A stretch of 64,000 nucleotides of DNA from a bacterium (GCA_021108295.1 JAIORF010000005.1:136531-200530); one strand, 5' to 3'; counted from the first letter of the stretch, positions 46,282 through 57,221 are shown. Notes: generated by a model from the sequence alone, not told the origin. Made by a program: numbers and translations.

Positions 46282-48294
46282 ATGAACAACAGTGATACGA
46301 TACTGTCTAGACTCAATCCACAACAAAGAATTGCAGTACAACATACAGATGGACCACTCCTCGTATTTGCAGGAGCAGGGTCTGGTAAGACCAGAGTTAT
46401 AACCAATCGTATAGCATACCTCATATCAGAGAAATCAATTAACCCCACCAACATACTAGCTGTAACCTTTACTAAGAAAGCCGCAGGAGAGATGAGAGAA
46501 AGAGTGTCTGAAATGCTTGGAGAGATAGGAGTGGGAGGAGACCTACTGCCAACCATAGGGACATTCCATTCAATTGGGGCTATGATTCTCAGACATAATG
46601 CGAAGGAAGTAGGCCTATCTCCAAACTTTTCAATCTATGATTCCTCAGACTCAGAAAACTTAATCAAAGAAATACTTTTAGAAAGGGATATAGATATAAA
46701 ACAAGTGAAACCTAAATCAATAGCATACTTCATATCTAGTGCAAAGAATGAATTCATATCCGCAGAACAATTCCCAAATCACTACGGAGGATACATTGAA
46801 GATATCGTAGCCCAGATATATCCTCAATACCAAAAACAACTCCTTGCACAAAACAGTGTAGACTTCGGAGATCTACTCTACCTCTGTGTAAAACTCCTAG
46901 AAGACAACAAAGAGATATTGAGTAAGTACCAAGAGAAATTTAAATATATCATGGTAGACGAATACCAAGATACCAATACAGTACAGTATAAATTTATAAA
47001 ACTCCTATCTTCCAAATTTAAGAACCTCTGTGTAGTAGGAGACGACGACCAAGGGATATATGCATGGAGAGGAGCCGATATTAAAAATATCCAATCGTTT
47101 GAAACAGATTTTGATAATGTGAAAGTTGTAAAACTAGAACAAAACTACAGATCTACAAAAAATGTCATAGAAGCCGCAGTCGCAGTAATTGAACAAAACA
47201 ATACAAGAATTAAAAAGAAACTGTGGACAGCAAAAGGTAATGGTGATGAGATAACAGTATACCAAGCAAGAGATCAAGAAGAAGAAGCGGAATATGTAAT
47301 TGATGAGATAAGTGAACTAAGAAGGAAAAATGTGAATCTGTCATCTATTGCAGTTCTTTACCGTACTAACTTCCAGTCAAGAGTAATTGAAGAAACACTA
47401 CTAAGCAATGGATTACCATATAAATTAGTAGGTGGTTTCCGATTCTATGATAGACAAGAAATTAAAGACATTCTTAGCTATCTAAGATGTATAGTGAATC
47501 TAAAAGATGAACTAAGTTTAAGTAGAGTAATCAATGTACCAAGTAGGAAGATGGGACCAAAGAGTGTAGCCAAGCTACACGATATCGCCAAGGTAGTGCA
47601 ATGCACACTAGGAGAATTACTTGTAGGTGCATATCTTGTTAATAATACAGAATTTCAGAGTAGTACGAATTTTGATAAGGGGATAATTAAGAAAGTAGAA
47701 CCATATATCAACGATATTAATAAATACCAGTCGGTAGTAATCACATTTGGAAGTATATATGTAAATTCCCAGGGTAAAGATGCTCTAGAAGCAATAGAGA
47801 CAGTTCTCTCTCAGACAAAATATATACAATCAATTGATGATGGTAGTGAACAAGCAGGGTATAAAAAGGAAAATATTGAGGAGCTGAAGAATGTAGCTAA
47901 TACATATGTAACAAGATATGGAGATAAATCATTGGAGATGTTTTTACAAGAGATTGCACTTATAGAACAAGAACAGGATAAAAATAAAGATGGAAGTGGT
48001 ATGAATGTAAACCTTATGACGCTACATTCATCCAAAGGCTTAGAATTTGACTATGTCTTTATGATAGGTGTAGAGGAGGGAATACTGCCTCATTCTAGAT
48101 CGTTTACAAATGAGAAAGAACTAGAAGAAGAAAGAAGACTTTGCTATGTAGGTATTACTAGAGCAAGGGAAAAGCTATACATGATATTTGCAGAAAGAAG
48201 AAGAACAAGAGAAGGATACTCAAATCAAATACCATCTAGGTTCTTAGGAGAAATACCTCAGGATATTTGTGAGTACTTTAGTTGGCAGTCGTAA
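46282..48294 (+). CDS. uvrD: UvrD/PcrA-family ATP-dependent DNA helicase
   Basis: 'LNPQQRIAVQHTDGPLLVFAGAGSGKTRVITNRIAYLI', 'ILAVTFTKKAAGEMRER', 'IMVDEYQDTN', 'VGDDDQGIYAWRGA', 'YRST', 'TLHSSKGLEFD.VF', 'YVGITRAR'. Confidence 0.9.
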   Translation: MNNSDTILSRLNPQQRIAVQHTDGPLLVFAGAGSGKTRVITNRIAYLISEKSINPTNILAVTFTKKAAGEMRERVSEMLGEIGVGGDLLPTIGTFHSIGAMILRHNAKEVGLSPNFSIYDSSDSENLIKEILLERDIDIKQVKPKSIAYFISSAKNEFISAEQFPNHYGGYIEDIVAQIYPQYQKQLLAQNSVDFGDLLYLCVKLLEDNKEILSKYQEKFKYIMVDEYQDTNTVQYKFIKLLSSKFKNLCVVGDDDQGIYAWRGADIKNIQSFETDFDNVKVVKLEQNYRSTKNVIEAAVAVIEQNNTRIKKKLWTAKGNGDEITVYQARDQEEEAEYVIDEISELRRKNVNLSSIAVLYRTNFQSRVIEETLLSNGLPYKLVGGFRFYDRQEIKDILSYLRCIVNLKDELSLSRVINVPSRKMGPKSVAKLHDIAKVVQCTLGELLVGAYLVNNTEFQSSTNFDKGIIKKVEPYINDINKYQSVVITFGSIYVNSQGKDALEAIETVLSQTKYIQSIDDGSEQAGYKKENIEELKNVANTYVTRYGDKSLEMFLQEIALIEQEQDKNKDGSGMNVNLMTLHSSKGLEFDYVFMIGVEEGILPHSRSFTNEKELEEERRLCYVGITRAREKLYMIFAERRRTREGYSNQIPSRFLGEIPQDICEYFSWQS

Positions 48295-49218
48295 CTACCT
48301 ATCATACTCCCCATACTTAGCTACATATTTTCTATGACAACTAGGCCAATAGGAGTAAAGTTTTGCACCCTTTCTGATTTTTATAATAGTATTTTTAATC
48401 TGAGCATATCCATCATAAATATTGTCCTTTGGATAAAATATGCTCCAATACTTAGGATGCCACTGATAAAGTCCCTTGTATGTTGAATTCTTATCACTCT
48501 CCGCATTACAACCAGACTCACAATACATTACAAAATTTAACCACTCCTTTTCTCGTTCTGTATAATTCCCACTATTAACTACACTACGCCAATGTGTACA
48601 GTTGTATCCATAAGTCTTCTCTAAATCTCCAATACCAAGACTCAATACACCAACCTTCACTACCTCCTTAACTGACTCACGACTAATTCTTTCAGAAAGT
48701 ATTACCTCTGATACCAACTTACCATCTTCGTAAACCCTCTCTATCTCTTGTGTACGAACACCAAGCACACCCTTTTGTGTGACTAATGTATCACCATATG
48801 GGATATCCTTTGTATTAATCTTTTCTGTTTGGAATGGGATATCAATATCGAATCCCTCGACAACAGTACCCACAGTAATTACTCTGATTACACTACCAGC
48901 CTGAACTTCTTGAGATATACTAACTATTCTCTTACTGTTATCCACCACTACTCCAAGATCCTTGAGAAGACTTAAGGCATCCTCCCTGTTTGTCAGTACC
49001 TGTGTAGACCGTCCATTAATTACTACAGTAACTAAACTTAAATCAAACACATGATTACTCTCTTGGGTATTGAAATTAAGTAAAATATTAGAAACATCAG
49101 CAACCCCTCTGTCATTGTAAGCATGGGTATATTTCGGATTAATACCAATTAAAACAACTGGTAGAAGTAGGGAAAGGCAAATTGTAGAAGTTAGAATCAC
49201 TAACTTTGAGATTTTCAT
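48295..49218 (-). CDS. RpfB-like secreted peptidoglycan-active protein: G5 domain plus C-terminal Rpf-type transglycosylase-like domain
   Basis: G5 'FDIDIPFQTEKINTKDIPYGDTLVTQKGVLGVRTQ...V.EDGK....V.....I.....EVVKVG'. C-terminus 'CESGCNAESDKNSTYKGLYQW....W'. Confidence 0.6.
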   Translation of the reverse strand: MKISKLVILTSTICLSLLLPVVLIGINPKYTHAYNDRGVADVSNILLNFNTQESNHVFDLSLVTVVINGRSTQVLTNREDALSLLKDLGVVVDNSKRIVSISQEVQAGSVIRVITVGTVVEGFDIDIPFQTEKINTKDIPYGDTLVTQKGVLGVRTQEIERVYEDGKLVSEVILSERISRESVKEVVKVGVLSLGIGDLEKTYGYNCTHWRSVVNSGNYTEREKEWLNFVMYCESGCNAESDKNSTYKGLYQWHPKYWSIFYPKDNIYDGYAQIKNTIIKIRKGAKLYSYWPSCHRKYVAKYGEYDR

Positions 49219-49296
49219 AATGTGTATGAGTATATCATGATTACTTTGTAAGTTAAATTTGACAATTATCTAGCTCTAAATTATGCTAGAAATAGT

Positions 49297-50742
49297 ATGA
49301 AAAAGAAAGTTCTGGTAATAGTTTCTATAATAACGAGCATCCTCCTCATAGCAGGTGGTATATTTGCATACTTTTACTTCAGACCACCTACACAAGCTGA
49401 AATTGAACAATATGAAAAGATAGTAGAACAAGGAGATATATTTTTAAGTGCAAAAGAATACTCCGAAGCAATATTGAAATACAATGAATCAATAAAGATA
49501 GTTCATACAGACCACGACGCATATTCGAAAATAGTAGACATATATTTAACAAAAAACGATTTTGACTCAGCCATAGCAGTTGCTGATAAAGCACAAAATT
49601 CGCTATCTACCTCAGATAGTAGCTTAATATACGCAAGTATTGCACAGAAATATTACAACAATAGTGACTTCTATAATGCAAATATCAATTATGAAATAGC
49701 AGCATCCCTAAACAGTAATTCTACTGTCAATCTTGGATTGGCTAAATCAAATGTCCTCAATGAGAAGATAGATAGAGCAGAAACACTCTTGAAAAAAACA
49801 TTTGATGATTCTACCTCGGATGAAGCGACCCTTCTCTACGCCTACATTGTGGGCTCTGAGGACAATACAAAAGCTGTAAACATACTAGATGATTACACTG
49901 TGATAAATGAGGAATGGAATGGATACTTTGACGAATATATGTCTGTACTCACCTCTCTTAACGAAGATCAAATATTTAACAAAGCAAAATTAGGTAGAAT
50001 ATATATTAACAACGGATATCCTACACTCGCAATATCCATATTAGAACCAAAGGTTGAAGAATTAGCACAATATGTAGATGGATTATACATCTTAGGAAAA
50101 GCATACCTTGATAGTGGGGATTACGACAAAGCAGTAGAGACACTACTTCAATCGGTAAGTTTGTTAGGATATGAAGACCAAAAATATTGGATGTTGGGTA
50201 GAACCTATTTTTACCAAGACGACTTAGTAAACTCCATTACATACTACGATAGGGCTGTGGGATACTCTGGAGACGATTTGGAAGAAGAATTGGTTAAGGA
50301 ATATTTGCATATCCTTATTTCATCCAACCAGACCACTAAATCCCAAGAGGTGTATTCCAATATTGTAAAGGATGTAAAAGAAGACTGGCTTTACTTGATA
50401 GGGGTAGAACTATATTACAATGCACAAAATAATGCCAAGTTAAATTACTACCTTGGTAAATTATCTGAAATGGACCTACAAGACAATGAAAAGAAAGAAT
50501 ACTTGTTTTGGGATATAAAACAGTCTTTGGATAATGGAGAAATAGAAGGCTTAGATAGTACACTGGAAATACTTTTATCTTTAGACAGATTTAATCCTCA
50601 GTACTACTGGCTTAAGGGTTTATACGATTTAGAGGGAGGAGATAAGATATCAGCAAAAAACAATTTTGAGAATGCTTTAGAGTATGATTTGGAGGGGAAT
50701 ATCTCTACTGAAGTTGAGGAGTTGTTGGCACAGGTAGAATAG
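49297..50742 (+). CDS. Membrane-anchored TPR-repeat protein
   Basis: TM 'VLVIVSIITSILLIAGGIFAYF'. Repeated 'A...Y......Y..A...Y..A' TPR pattern. Confidence 0.55.
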   Translation: MKKKVLVIVSIITSILLIAGGIFAYFYFRPPTQAEIEQYEKIVEQGDIFLSAKEYSEAILKYNESIKIVHTDHDAYSKIVDIYLTKNDFDSAIAVADKAQNSLSTSDSSLIYASIAQKYYNNSDFYNANINYEIAASLNSNSTVNLGLAKSNVLNEKIDRAETLLKKTFDDSTSDEATLLYAYIVGSEDNTKAVNILDDYTVINEEWNGYFDEYMSVLTSLNEDQIFNKAKLGRIYINNGYPTLAISILEPKVEELAQYVDGLYILGKAYLDSGDYDKAVETLLQSVSLLGYEDQKYWMLGRTYFYQDDLVNSITYYDRAVGYSGDDLEEELVKEYLHILISSNQTTKSQEVYSNIVKDVKEDWLYLIGVELYYNAQNNAKLNYYLGKLSEMDLQDNEKKEYLFWDIKQSLDNGEIEGLDSTLEILLSLDRFNPQYYWLKGLYDLEGGDKISAKNNFENALEYDLEGNISTEVEELLAQVE

Positions 50743-50753
50743 TTTGATATAAT
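50725..50753 (+). promoter_or_regulatory. Candidate sigma-70 promoter for fusA: ttggca, 17 nt, tataat
   Basis: -35 at 50725-50730 and -10 at 50748-50753. Overlaps the stop of the TPR gene. Confidence 0.45.
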
Positions 50754-50816
50754 GCGTATCGTACACTATTTTCTGTTTATGAAAAGTGATTTACTTAATA
50801 ATTTAGCTATATTTTT

Positions 50817-52913
50817 ATGGAAACCTACAATATTAAGATGCCTCTAGAGTTAGTAAGAAACATTGGTATCATCGCGCACATTGATGCCGGTAAAACTACT
50901 ACTACTGAAAGACTGCTTTACTTTACTGGGCAAACACACAAGATTGGAGAAGTGCATGACGGAGCTGCAACTACAGACTTCATGGAGCAAGAGCAAGAGA
51001 GGGGAATTACCATTATGTCTGCAGCTGTTACTTGTTTTTGGGAATATAAGGATAAAGATCACAGAATCAATATCATAGACACTCCAGGCCATGTAGACTT
51101 CACAGCAGAAGTTGAGAGGTCGCTTAGGGTACTAGATGGTGCTGTTGTTCTTTTTGATGGAAGAAAAGGCGTAGAGCCACAGTCTGAGACTGTTTGGAGA
51201 CAAGCAAATAGGTACAATGTACCAAGGATTTGCTTTATGAATAAAATAAACTTGATTGGTGGAGATTTTGAGAAGAGCTTCGGGACAATTAAAGACAGGC
51301 TAAGCCCAAAAGCCACTGCAATTAATCTCCCAATTGGAAGAGAAACAGAACTAAATGGATATGTAGATTTGATACAGATGAAAGCATATCAATATGATGG
51401 AATAGATTCACCAGATTTAGTAGAAATCGATATCCCAGAAGAAATGAACGATATGGTAGAGAAATATAGGGAGATTCTGCTTGAGAAACTTGTAGAGCAA
51501 GAGGACACATTGATGGAGAAATATTTTGCGGGAGAAGAAATTTCAGTTGATGAACTATACGGTGCACTTAGAAAAGCCACTGTCTCAGGAGATATGTACC
51601 CAGTAATGGGGGGAGATGGTAGATCAGCAATGGCAAAAACACTTCTTGATTACATTGCAATATGTTTACCATCACCACTTGATGTGCCAGCAATAAAGGG
51701 AATTGATCCTAAAACTAAAGAAGAGATAGAGAGAAGCCCAGATGAAAACGAACCGTTCTCATCTTTGGTATTTAAGATTGTAAGTGATCCGCATGTAGGA
51801 ACTCTTTCATATTTTAGAATGTATTCAGGTACTCTTAAGGCAGGAAGTTATGTTTATAACTCAACCAAAGGGATAAGGGAAAGGGTTGGAAGGCTTGTAT
51901 TAATGCATGCTGATGATAGAGAAGAAGTGGATATGCTAAGAGCAGGAGATATAGGTGCAATTGTAGGACTTAAAGATTCTACAACAGGAGACACTCTTTG
52001 TGATGAGAAAGAGCTCATTATCCTAGAGCAAATTGTATTTGCAGTACCAGTTGTATCTCAAGCTGTAGAGCCAGCTACCAAATCTGATGAAGAGAAGATG
52101 GGAGCAGCACTTGCTAAGTTGGCAAAAGAAGATCCTACATTTAAAGTAGAGACTAATCACGAGACAGGACAAACAATTATCTCCGGGATGGGTGAGTTGC
52201 ATCTAGAAATCATGATAGATCGTATGAAGAGAGAATTTAATGTAATAGCTAATGTAGGTAAGCCACAGGTAGCATACAGAGAGACAATTAAAAATATATG
52301 TGAAGAGAGTGAAGGAAGATATGTTAAACAATCTGGTGGTAAAGGACAGTATGGACACTGTTGGCTTAAATTGGAACCAAATAAAGCAGGTAAAGGATTT
52401 GAATTTGTCAACGCTATTAAAGGAGGCTCTATTCCTAAAGAATTCATACCTTCTATACAAAAAGGTGTAGTAGAAGCAATGAAGTCTGGTGTAGTTGCTG
52501 GATATCCAGTAGTGGATATAAAGGTGACAGTATATGACGGTTCCTACCATGAGGTGGACTCCTCAGAGTCTGCATTTAAAGTTGCAGGATCTATGGCTTT
52601 CAAGTCTGGTTGTAAGAGAGCAAAACCTATACTCCTTGAACCTCTGATGAAAGTCGAAGTAGAAATGCCTGATGCAAATATGGGAGACATCACAGCATCT
52701 TTGAGTAGTAAAAGAGGTCAGATCCAAGGATCTGAGAGCATTGGAAATGGAATTACTAGAGTTAAAGCATTTGTACCTTTAGCAGAACTCTTCGGATATA
52801 CAAGTGAACTTAGATCTATCACTAGTGGAAGAGGTAGTGCAAACGTAGAATTTGAGAAATACTCAGAAGTCCCAAAAAGTGTTGCAGAAGAAGTCTCAGG
52901 AAGTGATAGCTAA
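50817..52913 (+). CDS. fusA: Elongation factor G
   Basis: '[20 protein letters not shown]', 'ERGITI', 'IDTPGHVDF', 'MNK'. 698 aa. Confidence 0.95.
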   Translation: METYNIKMPLELVRNIGIIAHIDAGKTTTTERLLYFTGQTHKIGEVHDGAATTDFMEQEQERGITIMSAAVTCFWEYKDKDHRINIIDTPGHVDFTAEVERSLRVLDGAVVLFDGRKGVEPQSETVWRQANRYNVPRICFMNKINLIGGDFEKSFGTIKDRLSPKATAINLPIGRETELNGYVDLIQMKAYQYDGIDSPDLVEIDIPEEMNDMVEKYREILLEKLVEQEDTLMEKYFAGEEISVDELYGALRKATVSGDMYPVMGGDGRSAMAKTLLDYIAICLPSPLDVPAIKGIDPKTKEEIERSPDENEPFSSLVFKIVSDPHVGTLSYFRMYSGTLKAGSYVYNSTKGIRERVGRLVLMHADDREEVDMLRAGDIGAIVGLKDSTTGDTLCDEKELIILEQIVFAVPVVSQAVEPATKSDEEKMGAALAKLAKEDPTFKVETNHETGQTIISGMGELHLEIMIDRMKREFNVIANVGKPQVAYRETIKNICEESEGRYVKQSGGKGQYGHCWLKLEPNKAGKGFEFVNAIKGGSIPKEFIPSIQKGVVEAMKSGVVAGYPVVDIKVTVYDGSYHEVDSSESAFKVAGSMAFKSGCKRAKPILLEPLMKVEVEMPDANMGDITASLSSKRGQIQGSESIGNGITRVKAFVPLAELFGYTSELRSITSGRGSANVEFEKYSEVPKSVAEEVSGSDS

Positions 52914-52935
52914 TAGTTTGTAAGAACACGGTTAT

Positions 52936-52965
52936 TAAAAAGGGGCTTTGCCCCTTTTTATTTCA
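52936..52965 (+). terminator. Rho-independent terminator after fusA
   Basis: 'aggggc-ttt-gcccct' stem, then 'ttttatttc'. Confidence 0.6.
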
Positions 52966-53150
52966 ATAGAAACACATTGATTTTAGGAGGTCGAGAGAAT
53001 AGATATAGAGGAGTTGTATTGTCTATCTCATGAAAAGGCCTAGAAACAAGGATTCTTGACACGAGGTATTCTTAAGTCTGCACACACGAAAAGGAGCCTT
53101 AAAGACTTAGGGTACGGCAATAATTACATTCCATATATACGAGAGCTTCG

Positions 53151-53172
53151 CTATAGGACATTGTATGCCAGG
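53151..53172. repeat. Degenerate solo copy of the transposase-flanking repeat
   Basis: 'ctatagg-acatt-gtatgccagg' versus the right IR 'ctatagg-tacta-gtatgccagg': 17 of 22 identical with identical spacing. Confidence 0.4.
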
Positions 53173-53310
53173 ATTGGGGTGTGTAAATTATGCTAAGCCT
53201 CTTGCATAAATACGTACTTTTTGATAGTATTCAGCGCAGGTTCTCAAGTTGAGAATCTTAAAGTATGTTAATAAACATATTATATATATAAATTATTTAT
53301 TTTAATATTC

Positions 53311-54480
53311 ATGGCAGACGTATTCGTAAGAACAAAGCCCCATATGAATATCGGTACATTAGGACACGTAGACCACGGTAAAACTACTTTGGTTAGAGGT
53401 ATCCTAAATGCCCATTCACAAGAGGCCGGTAAAATGATCGACAAGCTCGACAAAGATCCAGATTCAAGAGCAAAATCGTTGACAATTTCTGTTGCACACG
53501 TTGAGTTTGAAACAGAGAACAGGCACTACGCATTAGTAGATTGCCCAGGTCACAAAGACTACATTAAAAATATGATCACAGGTGCAGCACAAATGGATGG
53601 TGCAATCTTGGTTATATCTTCTGATGATGGTGCAATGCCACAAACGAAAGAGCACTTACTTCTTGCAAAGCAAGTTGGTGTCCCTAAGATTGTTGTTTTC
53701 ATCAATAAATTCCCAGGTGCAGACGAAGAAATTATCGAACTTATCAAAGCTGACGTTGGAGATCTTCTTAAGAAATATGGATTTGACGAGAAAGCTCCTG
53801 TTATTGTAGGTAATGCATTAGCAGCCGAGAAGGGTGAAGAGGAAGGACTTGCTGCAGCAAAAGAACTTATGGCAGCTGTTGACTCATTCATTGAAATCCC
53901 TGAGAGAGATATTGAGAAACCATTCCTTATGGCTATCGAAGATGTCTTCTCTATCGAAGGTAGAGGTACAGTAGTAACAGGAAGAATTGACAGAGGTGTT
54001 ATCAAACTAACTGAAGAGGTAGAAGTACTTGGAATGGGTAGGAAAGATCAGAAAACTACAGTAACCGGTGTTGAGATGTTCAACAAGAGCATGCAAGATG
54101 CTCAAGCAGGTGATAATGTAGGTATTCTTCTTAGAGGATTTAAGAGAGAGGATGTAGAAAGAGGTCAAGTTCTTTGTGCTCCAAAATCTATAAAGACTCA
54201 CACCGAATTCAAAGCTGAGGTATATATCCTAAGCAAAGAAGAAGGTGGAAGACATACACCATTTGTAAGTGGATACAAACCACAGTTCTACATTAGAACA
54301 GCAGATGTAACTGGTGACGTAACACTCCCAGAAGGTACCGAAATGGTAGCTCCAGGAGATAATACACAGTTTAACGTTACCTTGGTTGCTGCAGTAGCAC
54401 TTGAGAATGGTCAAACATTCGCAATTAGAGAAGGAGGACAAACAGTAGGTAAAGGTGTTGTTACAGAAATTGTGAAGTAA
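53311..54480 (+). CDS. tuf: Elongation factor Tu with a divergent switch-I/effector loop
   Basis: '[15 protein letters not shown]', '[24 protein letters not shown]', 'NKFP..D', domains 2 and 3 conserved. The canonical 'ARGITI' is replaced by 'AKSLTI'. Confidence 0.9.
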   Translation: MADVFVRTKPHMNIGTLGHVDHGKTTLVRGILNAHSQEAGKMIDKLDKDPDSRAKSLTISVAHVEFETENRHYALVDCPGHKDYIKNMITGAAQMDGAILVISSDDGAMPQTKEHLLLAKQVGVPKIVVFINKFPGADEEIIELIKADVGDLLKKYGFDEKAPVIVGNALAAEKGEEEGLAAAKELMAAVDSFIEIPERDIEKPFLMAIEDVFSIEGRGTVVTGRIDRGVIKLTEEVEVLGMGRKDQKTTVTGVEMFNKSMQDAQAGDNVGILLRGFKREDVERGQVLCAPKSIKTHTEFKAEVYILSKEEGGRHTPFVSGYKPQFYIRTADVTGDVTLPEGTEMVAPGDNTQFNVTLVAAVALENGQTFAIREGGQTVGKGVVTEIVK

Positions 54481-54487
54481 ATGGTTT

Positions 54488-54515
54488 GGAGGGGAAGTCT
54501 TAGGACTTCCTCTCT
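54488..54515 (+). terminator. Stem-loop after tuf (~12-bp stem with G-U pairs, loop 'ttag') with no U-tract; possibly a processing or attenuation site
   Basis: 'gg-ggaagtc-ttag-gacttcc-tc' seen directly. Confidence 0.3.
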
Positions 54516-54550
54516 AATTAATAAAGTTTAATTTAGCTCTTTAAGATAGA

Positions 54551-54865
54551 ATGGCTGACGTAAATGCAAAAATCAGAGTAAAGCTTAACGGATATGATTC
54601 AGTAGTTTTAGATAAAGCCGCAAAAAGTATTGTTGAAACTGCGGTAAGTACTGGTGCTAAGGTCGCAGGACCAATTCCTCTACCAACTAAAACAAGGAAA
54701 GTGGCCGTTAACAGATCTCCATTCATCTATAAGAGCTCAGTTGAACATTTTGAGATTGGAACTCATAAGAGAATAATTGATGTCATAAACCCTACACCAA
54801 AGACAATAGATGCACTTTCGCATCTTCAGATGCCTGCTGGCGTTGGAATAGATATCGTAACTTAA
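54551..54865 (+). CDS. rpsJ: 30S ribosomal protein S10
   Basis: 'KIRVKLNGYD...LD......VETA..TGAKV.GPIPLPTK', 'HFEIGTHKRIIDV..PT.KTIDAL'. Confidence 0.95.
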   Translation: MADVNAKIRVKLNGYDSVVLDKAAKSIVETAVSTGAKVAGPIPLPTKTRKVAVNRSPFIYKSSVEHFEIGTHKRIIDVINPTPKTIDALSHLQMPAGVGIDIVT

Positions 54866-54875
54866 TAATAAATAT

Positions 54876-55463
54876 ATGAAAGCTATACTAGGGGTAAAAA
54901 AAGGAATGACAAGACTATTTGTAGATGACAAGATGGTACCAGTTACTATCATAGACACATCCACATGTAAGGTTGCCAAAAGAGATGGTGATCAAGTAGA
55001 ACTTGGTTTACTCAAAGTTAGGCATCCAAGTAAGGCAGAAGTTGGACAATATAAAAAGTTGAAATATGTACCTAGATTTAGAAAGATGTTTACAGGGAAG
55101 TTTGGAGAAGAAGTAAGTGTAGGTGATGATGTAAAAGCTGAATTTTTTAGTGTAGGAGAATTAGTAGCAACAACAAGTAAGTCTAAAGGTAAAGGATTCC
55201 AAGGTGTTGTAAAAAGATGGGGATTTAAAGGAGGACACAGAACTCATGGTCAATCAGACAGACAAAGAGCACCAGGTTCTATCGGTGCAGGAACTGATCC
55301 AGGAAGAGTTTGGAAAGGTAAAAAAATGGGTGGAAGAATGGGAGGCGACCAATTTACAATGAAGGAGAAGAAAGTTGTTGCAATTAAAGATCAATATTTA
55401 CTAATATCAGGACCAATCCCAGGAACAAAAGGGGATTTGGTAGCGATATATACAGAGAAATAA
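54876..55463 (+). CDS. rplC: 50S ribosomal protein L3
   Basis: 'ILGVKKGMTRLF', 'SKGKGFQGVVKRWGFKGG..THGQSDRQRAPGSIGA'. Confidence 0.95.
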   Translation: MKAILGVKKGMTRLFVDDKMVPVTIIDTSTCKVAKRDGDQVELGLLKVRHPSKAEVGQYKKLKYVPRFRKMFTGKFGEEVSVGDDVKAEFFSVGELVATTSKSKGKGFQGVVKRWGFKGGHRTHGQSDRQRAPGSIGAGTDPGRVWKGKKMGGRMGGDQFTMKEKKVVAIKDQYLLISGPIPGTKGDLVAIYTEK

Positions 55464-55464
55464 T

Positions 55465-56067
55465 ATGGCAGAAACAAAGAAAACAAATACAACTAAAGAA
55501 ATAAAACTTAACCCATTGGTATGGGAGGTAAAATTTAATGCAGATTTGGTAGCCCAAGTCCTTTATGTATATCGTAATAACGAAAGGAAAGGAACATCAA
55601 GCACCAAAACAAGAGCAGAGGTCAGAGGTGGTGGAAAGAAACCTTGGAAACAGAAAGGAACCGGTAGAGCAAGGCACGGATCTATAAGATCTCCAATCTG
55701 GGTAAAAGGAGGTGTAGCCTTTGGATCAAGCAATAAGAATTGGAAGAGGAAAATTAACAAGAAGATGTCTAAGAAGGCAACATGTATGATGCTTTCTCAG
55801 AGACTTACGGAAGACTCTGTTGAATTTGTAAAAATAGGCAAGAAAGGTATAAAAACTTTAAGAGAGAATATGATTAAGAGTGCAGGTAAGAAAACCATAA
55901 TAATCTCTACAAACAAAAATATAGATCTTGCAATTAGAAATGTAGAAAAAATACGATTTGTGGATGTAGACAAAGTAAATGCGAAACATATAGTAGATTG
56001 TACGAAAGTATTACTAGATGAAAGTTCAGTTAAGATTTTGGAAAAAAGACTAATAAATGGAAAATAA
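55465..56067 (+). CDS. rplD: 50S ribosomal protein L4
   Basis: 'GGGKKPWKQKGTGRARHGSIRSPIW.GGGVAFG'. Confidence 0.9.
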   Translation: MAETKKTNTTKEIKLNPLVWEVKFNADLVAQVLYVYRNNERKGTSSTKTRAEVRGGGKKPWKQKGTGRARHGSIRSPIWVKGGVAFGSSNKNWKRKINKKMSKKATCMMLSQRLTEDSVEFVKIGKKGIKTLRENMIKSAGKKTIIISTNKNIDLAIRNVEKIRFVDVDKVNAKHIVDCTKVLLDESSVKILEKRLINGK

Positions 56068-56350
56068 AAATATCAAATTACAACCAGTGGTATCTGAAAA
56101 GAGCTATGCATTAGCTAATTCACAGAATAAATACACATTCTTAGTTGAAGGTGGTATTAATAAGATAGAAATCAGAAAGCTCATTGAAAAAGAATATAAA
56201 GTAAAAGTATTGAAGGTAAATACAGTCGTAAGACCAGGTAAACTCTATAGAGATTACAAAACAAATAAAAAGTTTAGAAAAACAGATAGTATAAAAGCCA
56301 TAGTTACCCTTAAAGCGGGAGATAAAATTGATGAATTCTTAAATATATAA
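56057..56350 (+). CDS. rplW: 50S ribosomal protein L23
   Basis: 'PVVSEKS.........YTF.V....NK.EI...IE..Y.VKV..VNT'. Confidence 0.85.
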   Translation: MENKNIKLQPVVSEKSYALANSQNKYTFLVEGGINKIEIRKLIEKEYKVKVLKVNTVVRPGKLYRDYKTNKKFRKTDSIKAIVTLKAGDKIDEFLNI

Positions 56351-56352
56351 CC

Positions 56353-57204
56353 ATGGCAGTAAAATCATTCAAACCAACAACATCAACATTAAGAGGGACA
56401 AAGTTAGAAGATAGATCAGATCTTGTTAAAGGACATGGACCAAAAAGACTCTCTATTTCAAAAAACCAGAAAGCTGGAAGAAATAATCAAGGAAGGATAA
56501 CAGTAAGACATAGAGGGGGAGGATTTAAAAGAAGAATCAGAATCATTGACTTCAAAAGAGAGAAATTTGATATCCCTGCAAAAGTTACTGGGTTCTACTT
56601 TGATCCTAACAGAACTGCACATTTAGCCCTTTTACAGTATGCAGATGGTGAAAAAAGATATATAATAGCACCTAAAGGTCTTAAGGTAGGCGACACAATT
56701 GTTTCTGGAGAGAAAACAGACATTCTTGTAGGTAATGCAATGTATGTTAAAAACATTCCTTCTGGTACATTGGTCCACTGTGTAGAGAATGAAGTAGGAA
56801 GAGGAGCTAGATTTGGAAGATCAGCAGGACAGATAATCATAATACAAGGTATTGATTCCACAGGTAAATATGTACAAATCAAATTACCATCTGGAGAGGT
56901 TAGACTTGTTCCAGCGAATGCAATGGCTACAATAGGACAAGTAGGAAATGAAGATAAAGTGAATGTAAAACTTGGAAAAGCAGGAAGAAGGAGAAACTTA
57001 GGATGGAGACCAGCAGTAAGAGGTATGGCCATGCATGCAGTACAACACCCACACGGTGGAGGAGAAGGAAAAGGACAGGTAGGAGGTCAAGCAAAAGACA
57101 TATGGGGCAATAGAATAGGAACACGAACTAGAAGAAATAAGAAAACAGATAAATTCATAATTAGACGCAGAAGGACGAAAAACAGACCTGATGCTAAAAA
57201 ATAA
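56353..57204 (+). CDS. rplB: 50S ribosomal protein L2
   Basis: 'GRNNQGRITVRHRGGG.KR.YR.IDFKR', 'MHAVQHPHGGGEGK'. Confidence 0.95.
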   Translation: MAVKSFKPTTSTLRGTKLEDRSDLVKGHGPKRLSISKNQKAGRNNQGRITVRHRGGGFKRRIRIIDFKREKFDIPAKVTGFYFDPNRTAHLALLQYADGEKRYIIAPKGLKVGDTIVSGEKTDILVGNAMYVKNIPSGTLVHCVENEVGRGARFGRSAGQIIIIQGIDSTGKYVQIKLPSGEVRLVPANAMATIGQVGNEDKVNVKLGKAGRRRNLGWRPAVRGMAMHAVQHPHGGGEGKGQVGGQAKDIWGNRIGTRTRRNKKTDKFIIRRRRTKNRPDAKK

Positions 57205-57221
57205 ATTTAATATACTAAAGA

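Noticed and set aside
52914-53310. tRNA gene(s) upstream of tuf, a common bacterial arrangement
   Set aside because: No GTTCRANTC-type T-arm, no acceptor-stem complementarity and no CCA context were found on reading the spacer. Only short palindromes are present.
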